NCBI GenBank assembly: GCA_943788175.1
Contig: CALSPG010000001.1
Coordinates: 224,001-288,000 of the forward strand
Length of the DNA stretch: 64,000 bases
Source: an uncultured bacterium
GTDB lineage: Bacteria > Fidelibacterota > Marinisomatia > Marinisomatales > UBA1611
Direction: 5' to 3'
Shown here: positions 53,028-61,692 of the stretch, in pieces
Position numbering within the stretch: position 1 is the stretch's first letter
How the letters are laid out: every line of letters starts with the position of its first letter
The notes under the pieces: generated by a model
The model's database searches: none
Seen by the model: the letters and a program-made list of their open reading frames with translations, nothing else
Told to the model about the DNA's origin: nothing
Program-made: the position numbers and the translations under genes

Positions 53028-53718
53028 ATTGATCAATGAATTGCTTTTCCGTCCAAGTAGCTTCAATTGAAACTATTTTATTACTTTTTCGAGATGTTTT
53101 AATTATTTCTATAGCTCTAAAGCTATAATTAGGTCCTTTTTCTACTAGGCTTCCCTCCCAGCTGTAATGGATAACAAACCTGTTTTTTTTTGAAAAAATA
53201 TCTATTATACTCAATTCGTAATCAAACCACCTATTTCCATAACTTTTTATATCTTCGATAAATTTATCAGAACGTTGCTGGAGCTGCTGTTTTGTCAAAA
53301 ATACCAGGGTCGACATAGACTCGCCATTTCTACTAAATATTAATTTTAGCGAATCACCAGCCGCACCCTTGGTTTTTCTTATAAAATAATCTTCACTATT
53401 ATTATTACTTAACTTATAATCATTTACCTGAAGTATTACATCGCCCTTATTTAACATATTAGTTGCTTTAATAAAAGGCGATACCGCTTTAATCATTATC
53501 CCAAGATTTGTCACTTCAGTAGTTATACCTAAACCAACGTATGGAGAATGATAATATATAAAATTATTGTCAAGAAAAAGGCTAACAGAGTCAATGTTAG
53601 CGCTATATCGAGATTCTAGAAATTTGATAATTTGAATTTCTTTTTTATTTTGGCCTAAAGTTAAGGAAAGGAAAAAACTTAAAAATATAGTGATTTTGAT
53701 TAAATAATAACGTTTCAT
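53020..53718 (-). CDS. exported protein: SnoaL/NTF2-like fold with an inserted PDZ domain
   Basis: Signal peptide; YVGLGI...LNKGDVILQVND...GAAGDSLKLIFSRNG (PDZ) flanked by SnoaL-like segments. Confidence 0.65.
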   Translation of the reverse strand: MKRYYLIKITIFLSFFLSLTLGQNKKEIQIIKFLESRYSANIDSVSLFLDNNFIYYHSPYVGLGITTEVTNLGIMIKAVSPFIKATNMLNKGDVILQVNDYKLSNNNSEDYFIRKTKGAAGDSLKLIFSRNGESMSTLVFLTKQQLQQRSDKFIEDIKSYGNRWFDYELSIIDIFSKKNRFVIHYSWEGSLVEKGPNYSFRAIEIIKTSRKSNKIVSIEATWTEKQFIDQFN

Positions 53719-53741
53719 TGAAATCAAATCTAGCTATCTAT

Positions 53742-54620
53742 TTATTCTATTTTAAGGTTTTTAATAATGTGATTAATTGTATCAGGAGTGGAGCCACAGC
53801 AAGCACCAAGAACACTAGCGCCTTTGCTAGCGGCAAACATTAATTGTTCTGCAATATCTATATCATTTATTTTACTATCGATATATCCATCTTTTGTTGG
53901 CATGTCCTCTCCCAAGTTTGGATATACACCCCACTTACCTGGCCAATGTCTTTTTATTTTTGGTATTGCTCTAATGGTGTTGTGAATTGTTGAGCAGTTT
54001 ATAAGTATTGTATCAACTGAATTATTATAAGCGAGCCTAAAAACTTCTGTAATATTTGTACCATCAAGAATTTGATTTTCATTTTTTAAAACCATACTTA
54101 GCCACTTCTTTTTATTTGTATTAATATCAATTTCTAATAGTGTCTTAATTTCCTCAAAATTGCCCATCGTTTCATAGAGTAATAAGTCAACGGCTTGATG
54201 ATTAAATATATTAATTAGATGAATATATTCATCTATAGCAATCCTTTTACCTGGAAAATCGTTTGGTTCGTAACAATCTTCTAATGGTCCTATAGATCCT
54301 GCAACCAAAACGTTTCTTCCCTTTCTGGCTGTGTTAGCAGCTTCTATAGCTAATCTAAGTGATTGTTCACTTTTAACGACGGCATTAGAATTACTGTATC
54401 CAGCTTTTCTAAAAGTTCTAGGAGTAGTTCTAAACGAATTAGTAGTGATTACATTACATCCGCTTTTAATATATTCTTTATGAATAGCTATTACATCATC
54501 AAAGTTTTCATAATTAGCAACAGCAGACCATAACGGTAATGGCGCTTTAATACCTCGCATCATTAGAGCGGTACCCATAGCACCATCTAAAATGAGTGGT
54601 ATTTGAATGTCTGAATCCAT
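53742..54620 (-). CDS. homocysteine S-methyltransferase family protein
   Basis: ILDGAMGT, LWSA, VAGSIGPL, INC, YPN, GACCG zinc ligands. Confidence 0.92.
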   Translation of the reverse strand: MDSDIQIPLILDGAMGTALMMRGIKAPLPLWSAVANYENFDDVIAIHKEYIKSGCNVITTNSFRTTPRTFRKAGYSNSNAVVKSEQSLRLAIEAANTARKGRNVLVAGSIGPLEDCYEPNDFPGKRIAIDEYIHLINIFNHQAVDLLLYETMGNFEEIKTLLEIDINTNKKKWLSMVLKNENQILDGTNITEVFRLAYNNSVDTILINCSTIHNTIRAIPKIKRHWPGKWGVYPNLGEDMPTKDGYIDSKINDIDIAEQLMFAASKGASVLGACCGSTPDTINHIIKNLKIE

Positions 54621-54674
54621 AGTTTAAATTAAATAATATTATTTTTAATAAAATTGTATTTATACCTTCTATGC

Positions 54675-55955
54675 ATGAGTAAAATAAAAAATACTATGCT
54701 AGTTGTGATTTTGACAAGTTTTGTTATTTGTCAAAAGACATATATTCAAGCCGGTAGGCTCATTGATGGTATTACAGAGATTCCAATAGAGATGGTGACA
54801 ATTGTTATTAATGGTAGCATAATACAAGCAATATTAAGAGGACATATACAGCCTGGACCTAAAGATAGCCTAATATCATTAAAAGAATTTACTGTATTAC
54901 CTGGTTTGATGGACATGCATACCCACTTATCAATTCAAAGTAGTCCAAAAAGTTATATGGAAAAATTTTATATGGACCTTGATGAATATGCATATAGGTC
55001 TATACCGTATGCAGAAAAAACACTTATGGCTGGTTTTACAACTGTTAGAGAGCTTGGAGGAGTTATTAGCAATAGCTTGCGTGATGCCATAAGCGCTGGC
55101 TATGTAAATGGTCCAAGGATTTTCAGTGCCGGTAAATCAATTGCCACAACTGGAGGCCATGCGGACCCTTCAAGCGGATTAAATATGAATTTTTCAGCAG
55201 ATTTAGGACCTGAAGATGGTGTTATTAATGGACCCAGTGATGCAAGAAAAGCAGTTCGTCAAAGATATAAAAATGGTTCTGATTTAATAAAAATTTCTGC
55301 TACTGGTGGTGTATTGAGTGTAGCTAAGAATAGTAAAAATCCTCAGTTTACAGAATCAGAAATTAAGGCCATAGTTGAAGCTGCTCAAGATTACGATATG
55401 CATGTTGCTGCTCATGCGCATGGCCCTGAAGGTATGAAGAGGGCTATTAGGGCGGGTGTTCATTCAATAGAACATGGTACTATAATGGACGGCGAAGTTT
55501 TGGCATTAATGAAGAAGCATGGAACATATTATGTGCCGACGATATCTGCGGGTATGTTCGCGGCTGAAAAAGCAAAAATAATTGGTTATTATCCCCCTAT
55601 CATTATTCCTAAGGCATTAGAAATTGGTCCTAGATTATTAAATACTTTTACTACTGCTTATAAATTCGGTATTAAGATCGCATTCGGTACAGATTCAGGC
55701 GTTTCGTATCATGGTAATAATGCAATGGAGTTTTCATATATGGTAAAGGGCGGCATGACTGAAATGGAAGCGATTAGATCAGCAACTATTACTGCATCAG
55801 AAATGCTAGGTATTAGTGATGAATTAGGGTCAGTTGAATCAGGAAAGTTAGCAGATTTAATAGCTGTTGAAGGAAACCCAATTAAAGATATAACAGCACT
55901 TCAAAATGTTGTTTTCGTAATGAAAGAAGGTAAAATATATAAATTACCAAAATAG
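54675..55955 (+). CDS. amidohydrolase (Xaa-Pro dipeptidase/prolidase-like), exported
   Basis: PGLMDMHTH, IKISATGG, AHAHG, SIEHG, FGTDSG, GKLADL. Confidence 0.92.
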   Translation: MSKIKNTMLVVILTSFVICQKTYIQAGRLIDGITEIPIEMVTIVINGSIIQAILRGHIQPGPKDSLISLKEFTVLPGLMDMHTHLSIQSSPKSYMEKFYMDLDEYAYRSIPYAEKTLMAGFTTVRELGGVISNSLRDAISAGYVNGPRIFSAGKSIATTGGHADPSSGLNMNFSADLGPEDGVINGPSDARKAVRQRYKNGSDLIKISATGGVLSVAKNSKNPQFTESEIKAIVEAAQDYDMHVAAHAHGPEGMKRAIRAGVHSIEHGTIMDGEVLALMKKHGTYYVPTISAGMFAAEKAKIIGYYPPIIIPKALEIGPRLLNTFTTAYKFGIKIAFGTDSGVSYHGNNAMEFSYMVKGGMTEMEAIRSATITASEMLGISDELGSVESGKLADLIAVEGNPIKDITALQNVVFVMKEGKIYKLPK

Positions 55956-56486
55956 TTAATTCATTTTTCCCCTTCTTAATGCATAATCATGTGATCTTTC
56001 CGTAATTATTTCCATTGCTTCTTCTATTTCAAGTTGATAATGATTCGGTAGTAATTGAACCCACCAGTTTGGAATCATGCTTTGTAAAATCTTTTGTGTG
56101 CTAAGTGGTCCTAACCCATTTCCATAATTATTTTTAAAATAGACATTAAGTTTAGATTTCCAAAATCCTTCTTTCACATCTTGGACAAACACTAACCATT
56201 CAAAATATTTAGCCAAATAACTACCTATGCCAATAATAATCGAAACAAAAATTATTGTCATAGATAATTTTAAATCTTCATAAAATAAAGATAAAAACCA
56301 CAGATTAATAATCATTAAAAATGTCCCTATCAATAAACCATGTTTAGAAAGCCATATAATTTGTGGTAACAGTTCACAAAATCGCTTTTTGCTTTGCATA
56401 GTAAGCCAGGTGGCAAAACTCCAGCTAAGAGTTAGCAATATAACTAAAAAAATTAAATGAGGCTGAACATCTGTATGTATGAACAT
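55956..56486 (-). CDS. hypothetical membrane protein (3 TM)
   Basis: Three hydrophobic segments then a soluble tail. Confidence 0.55.
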   Translation of the reverse strand: MFIHTDVQPHLIFLVILLTLSWSFATWLTMQSKKRFCELLPQIIWLSKHGLLIGTFLMIINLWFLSLFYEDLKLSMTIIFVSIIIGIGSYLAKYFEWLVFVQDVKEGFWKSKLNVYFKNNYGNGLGPLSTQKILQSMIPNWWVQLLPNHYQLEIEEAMEIITERSHDYALRRGKMN

Positions 56487-56504
56487 AAAATTAAAATAGA
56501 CAAA

Positions 56505-58172
56505 CTAGTTAAAAGCTCTAAAAACTTCTTTTCCATTGTATATTGTATTAAGAACTCTTGTTTTTAATATATCATCGATTTTAATAGATGTTATATCTTT
56601 TGATAATACCACAAAATCGGCTAGCATGTCTTTTTGCAAAACTCCTATGTTTTTTTCACTAAATACTGCATACGAATTATTATTTGTATAACAAGATATT
56701 GCTTCCTCAACTGTTAATTTTTGTTCCGGATTCCAGCCACCTGGATTGCTACCATCAATCGTTTTTCTTGAAACAGCAGCATAGATTCCAAACAATGGGT
56801 TTAATGGTGTTACATCCCAATCAGATCCAAAAGTCAGGTTTACATTTTTATCTATAAATGTTTTAAAAATATAAGTCCTTGACATCAAATCACTATTAAT
56901 TCTTTTATGCATCCATCTAGTATCATCGATACAGCCATAAGGCTGCATTGATGGAATTATGTCATTGTTTATAATTTTTTCAATTGCATCTTTGGTTAAA
57001 TGTTGGGCGTGCTCAATGCGTATTCGTCTATCAATCAAACCATTGACTTTATTCAAATTCATAGATTGCTTTATTATCCAATCATTTGCTTTATCTCCGA
57101 TGGCATGGATTGCTAATTGAATGCCGTTTTTATCTAAATTTGTTATCATTTTCTTAAAGCTATTAGTGTCTTTTATACGCATGATACCATTTGTGTTTTT
57201 ATCATCAAGATAATGGTTGTGCATCCATGCGGTTCGAGATCCAAGAGAACCATCTATCATTGCCTTTATTCCATCCCACCTAAGTATGTTATCCCCTTTT
57301 CCATATTTATCAATCAAGTCAATTAGTTTTTCCCAATCCTCATACCATGTATAGGTTTTTATTCTCAAAGTTAATTTATCTTTATTTCTTCTAAACGTTT
57401 GTAAGTCATCCCAGGTCGCCATATCATGAATTTGAGTAATTCCTTGAGAGGATGCGTAATTCATAGAAGTTTTTAAAATACTGTCTTGTTCAGAGTGTGA
57501 CTGCTTTGGAATGAGTTTTCGAACAATATCAATTGCTGTGTCTTTAAGTATACCAGTTGGAATTCCAGTATTTATATCTTTAACTATTTCACCCCCAACA
57601 GGGTTGGGGGTATTTTCATTTATATTTGCTTCTTCTAATGCTTTTGAGTTAGCAAGTGCCATGTGACCATCTACCCTACTTACAAGAACTGGGTTATTAT
57701 TTGTAAGACTATCTATCCAAGACTTGTTGGGTAGTGCTCCACCCCAGTTTTCATGGTCCCAATTACCACCTTGTAACCATAGACCATTATTAATATTTGG
57801 GATGTATTCTCTGAAAGCATTAATAAATTCATATTGAGTTAGTGAATTTTGGAGACTTATGTTATTTAATTTTGTTCCACCGTAAATAAAGTGAGTATGA
57901 TTATCTATAAAGCCAGGAAGTAAAAAATTATTCTTTAAATCAATAAGTTTAGTATTACTACTTATTAAGTGACTGTAATTATCGATACCTAATTCTAGGA
58001 TGCGATTATTTTTTGTTGCTATATAATTTTGCCTTGTGTCTTCTTTGATACCAGTATAAATATTACCATTAAAATAAATTATGTCTGCTGTTTCGATGCT
58101 AGCGCATTTTAATAAAAAAAATGAGAACGTTAGAATTATCAAATTTTTAATATTAATAATATATTCCCCCAA
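56505..58172 (-). CDS. YtcJ-like amidohydrolase (Amidohydro_3), probable lipoprotein
   Basis: PGFIDNHTH, DGSLGSRTA, HAIGD, RIEHAQ, FGSDW; LLKC lipobox-like. Confidence 0.92.
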   Translation of the reverse strand: MGEYIINIKNLIILTFSFFLLKCASIETADIIYFNGNIYTGIKEDTRQNYIATKNNRILELGIDNYSHLISSNTKLIDLKNNFLLPGFIDNHTHFIYGGTKLNNISLQNSLTQYEFINAFREYIPNINNGLWLQGGNWDHENWGGALPNKSWIDSLTNNNPVLVSRVDGHMALANSKALEEANINENTPNPVGGEIVKDINTGIPTGILKDTAIDIVRKLIPKQSHSEQDSILKTSMNYASSQGITQIHDMATWDDLQTFRRNKDKLTLRIKTYTWYEDWEKLIDLIDKYGKGDNILRWDGIKAMIDGSLGSRTAWMHNHYLDDKNTNGIMRIKDTNSFKKMITNLDKNGIQLAIHAIGDKANDWIIKQSMNLNKVNGLIDRRIRIEHAQHLTKDAIEKIINNDIIPSMQPYGCIDDTRWMHKRINSDLMSRTYIFKTFIDKNVNLTFGSDWDVTPLNPLFGIYAAVSRKTIDGSNPGGWNPEQKLTVEEAISCYTNNNSYAVFSEKNIGVLQKDMLADFVVLSKDITSIKIDDILKTRVLNTIYNGKEVFRAFN

Positions 58173-59325
58173 CTAATGAAAGTAGCCAGGCTGTAAATAA
58201 ACCTGCATAAATACCTATTATATTACCAATTACACCCATTAATAAACCTACTGGTGCAAGAGACTTTTTATAAACAGTTGCAATAATAGGTGCACTAACG
58301 ACACCACCAATATTTGCTTGACTGCTAGTTGCAATCAAAAACATTGGAGCTTTTAATAACCGTCCACCAAAAAATAAGATTATTGCATGAATAAATATCC
58401 AAAGTATGCCTACAGCAATATAATAAGGAAGGTCTCCAATTTGTGTGATATTGGCTTTTGCTCCAATTGTACCTAAAAGTATGTATAAAAATAAATTTCC
58501 AACATGGGATGCCCCTGCATTATTTAAGTCTGATAGTCTAGTAAAAGATAAAGAAACACCAATTAGTGAAACTAAAATTATTGTCCATCCAAAACTAGTA
58601 ACTACTTTCCCTAAATCAGGGATTAGCTTGCCCAATTCTAAAGAAAGGAGCCCAAAAAATAAACTAACAACTACGATTGTTAATAAATCGTTAAAAGAAG
58701 TAGGTCGTTTTGAATCTTCTGTGCTCATTTTTATATTTAAATCATCGATGATACGAGTATCAGCATCATTCCATTTATCTATACTTTTTTGATGGCCTGA
58801 TATTAAAATTACAATCCCCATCCAACCATACCCAACGACAGTATCAATAACAATCATATTTCCAAAAAGATTATCGCTGGTGCCAATTGATTTACCGATA
58901 GCAACCATGTTTGCACTTCCACCTATCCAACTACCTGATAACGCCGCTAAGCCCATCCAGGCATCCTCTGGTAAAAAGCTTCCAAATACAAGTAGGGATA
59001 TAGGACCACCTAAAACTATACCTAGTGTGCCAAAAAGCATTGTGCCAATAGCCTTAGATCCAAGAGTTGAAAGAATCTTTATATTTGAAGATAATAGCAA
59101 TAATATAAGAGCTGGAGGCAATAAGTATTTTGAAGTCCACGAATAGATAGGAGAAGCAGTTGGTATTATTCCAATACCTGAGCTTAGCATCGGTAAAAAG
59201 TATATCCATATTATTGGAGGAGCGTATTTAAAAACTTTTTCTAAAGCGCTTATCGACTTTAGGTAGTGTATTAAACCTATTAAACTAACGATATAAATAA
59301 ATATTGCATTTGGATCTTTTATCAT
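58153..59325 (-). CDS. DUF819 family membrane protein
   Basis: GSWIGGSANMVA, SQANIGG, multi-TM. Confidence 0.88.
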   Translation of the reverse strand: MIKDPNAIFIYIVSLIGLIHYLKSISALEKVFKYAPPIIWIYFLPMLSSGIGIIPTASPIYSWTSKYLLPPALILLLLSSNIKILSTLGSKAIGTMLFGTLGIVLGGPISLLVFGSFLPEDAWMGLAALSGSWIGGSANMVAIGKSIGTSDNLFGNMIVIDTVVGYGWMGIVILISGHQKSIDKWNDADTRIIDDLNIKMSTEDSKRPTSFNDLLTIVVVSLFFGLLSLELGKLIPDLGKVVTSFGWTIILVSLIGVSLSFTRLSDLNNAGASHVGNLFLYILLGTIGAKANITQIGDLPYYIAVGILWIFIHAIILFFGGRLLKAPMFLIATSSQANIGGVVSAPIIATVYKKSLAPVGLLMGVIGNIIGIYAGLFTAWLLSLVGGIYY

Positions 59326-59394
59326 TTTAGGAAAAAAATAAATAGTTCATTAAATAATTACGATAATTTGACAGAAAAAACAGTACTTTTAAGA

Positions 59395-61125
59395 TTAATT
59401 AAGAAAACAAGAATTAAAAAAATCAATCATTTTAGGTTTTGTATATGGAAGTGATTTAATGAAAGATTCAACATCGGATCCTGAAACCACCTCAGCTTCT
59501 TTCAGACACTCTATTGCTTTATCAGACTTACCAAGTTTAAAATAACATGCGGACAAATAAAATAAATTCTGTTGCATTAATTTTACTTTTCTAAAGCTTT
59601 CTATAGCTTTCTCATAATTTTCAAGCCAAAAATAACACATTCCTTCCTCCACATATAAAATATCATGAGAAAATGGGTCTAACCTTGTAGCCCTATTAAG
59701 CTCCTTTAGTGCGCTTTCTATATCACCGGTGTATATTAAAACTAATGCATACCTAGAAATAATATAAACATCACTTGGGCATAAATCTTTTGCTTTTTCG
59801 AGATGATAAATGCCTAATTCAATATCTTTTTCAAAAAAGAATTTTATAGATCCCATAACACGATGAGCTTCAGGGTCATTAGAATCTAGTTCTAGTGCTT
59901 TATACGCTGATGCGATTGCAGATTTAAATAATGCTGAATCTGGTTTAGTTTCCCAATCAGATAAATTTCCCAATGAGCATGCTCTCCATGCATGAGCGCG
60001 AGCGTAGTTAGGATCAAGGTCTATAGCTTTCTCAAAAAACTTTACAGCATTTTCAGTATTTTTTTTTATTACATTCCCTTTTCTAGCATAGTCTAATCCT
60101 TTTAATACTAACTCATAAGCTCCCATATTTTCAGGCCTTTTTGATTTAATATTCTCTAGCGCATCTGATTCTACTCTACCAACAATAGTGGAGACAATCT
60201 GCTCTGCTATTTGATCTTGAACGTCAAATACTTCATCAATAGACAAATCATAATTGTTCGTCCAAAGCGATTTTTTATTTTCAGTTGAAACAAGTTGCGC
60301 ATTTATTCTCATTTTTTTTCCTAACCTTCTTACGCTCCCATTAATGACGTACTTAACACCGAGTTCCTTTCCAATTTCTGAAAAATCTTTACTTTTATTC
60401 CTATAGGCAAAACTAGCATGACTTGAAATAACTACAAGCTTATTAAATCTTGAAAGCATGGAAAGAAGATCTTCACAAAATCCCTCGCAAAAATATTCTT
60501 GTTCCTCGTCATTACTTAAATTTTTAAACATCATTACGGCAACAGACCCTGGTTCAACTTCTTTTACTTCTTTTTGTATCTTATCAGAATCTTGAGTAAA
60601 CCTAGGTGTTCCTTTATTTTCCAAAACATGAAAAGCCTTAATTGGGAATTCGATATTTTTTAAATCTAATTGACCAGCATCTTCAAACGAGACCATAATT
60701 TTACGATTAATCATATCAAAAACTGTTTGAGATACACAAATACCTGATGGCTTGGCTGCAGCTTCGAGTCTGGCAGCTATGTTGACGGCATCACCGAATA
60801 AGTTGTTTTCTGTTATCATTACATCGCCTATATTAATTCCGACTCTAAAAATCATAGTTTCAGAATCCTCCAACCCATGATTCATCGTTTTCATTTTTAG
60901 TTGAGTATCTACTGCTGCCTGAGCAGCTTTTATTGGACTAGCGAATTCAGCAATTACACTATCGCCTGCACTGCCAAAGATGATTCCGTCATGATCATCA
61001 ATAATCTTATCAATCACCTTTCTCCTTTCTTTAAGGATCTTTAATGTATTGACTTCATCTGTACCCATCATTTTACTAAAGCCTACTACGTCTGAAGCAA
61101 AAATTGTAGCTAATTTTCTATCCAT
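59395..61125 (-). CDS. class III nucleotidyl cyclase + TolB-like + TPR protein
   Basis: RKLATIFASDVVGFS, AGDS, FRVGINIGDV, GDAVNIAARLE; SVAVMMFKNLS..EYFCEG; TPR tail. Confidence 0.9.
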   Translation of the reverse strand: MDRKLATIFASDVVGFSKMMGTDEVNTLKILKERRKVIDKIIDDHDGIIFGSAGDSVIAEFASPIKAAQAAVDTQLKMKTMNHGLEDSETMIFRVGINIGDVMITENNLFGDAVNIAARLEAAAKPSGICVSQTVFDMINRKIMVSFEDAGQLDLKNIEFPIKAFHVLENKGTPRFTQDSDKIQKEVKEVEPGSVAVMMFKNLSNDEEQEYFCEGFCEDLLSMLSRFNKLVVISSHASFAYRNKSKDFSEIGKELGVKYVINGSVRRLGKKMRINAQLVSTENKKSLWTNNYDLSIDEVFDVQDQIAEQIVSTIVGRVESDALENIKSKRPENMGAYELVLKGLDYARKGNVIKKNTENAVKFFEKAIDLDPNYARAHAWRACSLGNLSDWETKPDSALFKSAIASAYKALELDSNDPEAHRVMGSIKFFFEKDIELGIYHLEKAKDLCPSDVYIISRYALVLIYTGDIESALKELNRATRLDPFSHDILYVEEGMCYFWLENYEKAIESFRKVKLMQQNLFYLSACYFKLGKSDKAIECLKEAEVVSGSDVESFIKSLPYTKPKMIDFFNSCFLN

Positions 61126-61164
61126 GTAATACCATTCCTATACATTGATTATTTGTCAAAAGTT

Positions 61165-61476
61165 TTAATGCGTGTTTTTATTATTTTTATTATGCCAGTG
61201 CCCATGCTCAACAGACCATATTTTACCATTAGGGGCATCACCTTTAGGTCTTTTTAAATTTCCTGTCTTTTCCGAAAAAGGTTTTGGTGATAAACCAGAT
61301 GAAGCATTAGAAGAATTAAATTTTGTACTACCAAAGAAAAAAATCGTAACTATACCTAACGAAATAACAGCAAGGTATACCAATTGAGCAGATTGGCTAT
61401 TTTTTTTCAATTGGTGACACTGTTTATACTTTTTCCCACTTCCACAGTTACATACTTCGTTACGACCAATTTTCAT
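61165..61476 (-). CDS. SEC-C motif membrane protein with C-terminal HGHWH motif
   Basis: KIGRNEVCNCGSGKKYKQCH, TM, PKGDAPNGKIWSVEHGHWH. Confidence 0.85.
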   Translation of the reverse strand: MKIGRNEVCNCGSGKKYKQCHQLKKNSQSAQLVYLAVISLGIVTIFFFGSTKFNSSNASSGLSPKPFSEKTGNLKRPKGDAPNGKIWSVEHGHWHNKNNKNTH

Positions 61477-61692
61477 AATATCATATTCCTTTCAAAGTTT
61501 AATCCTAAACTGATTTACTAACAATATTAAAAGACAATAGCTCATTGAAATAATAATTAGCGACATAATAAGTCTCAAATATTGCATGATTTATTTAATG
61601 AAATTTTGATTTAGTTCTCATATCATTCATAGTAGCATAAAACTTTATTATAATCCATTAATACTAGCCTCATGTAGCATCTATAATCATAT

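Noticed and set aside
61492-61587. 31-aa hydrophobic minus-strand ORF (MQYLRLIMSLIIISM...)
   Set aside because: No clear RBS; short hydrophobic ORFs arise by chance in AT-rich intergenic DNA.
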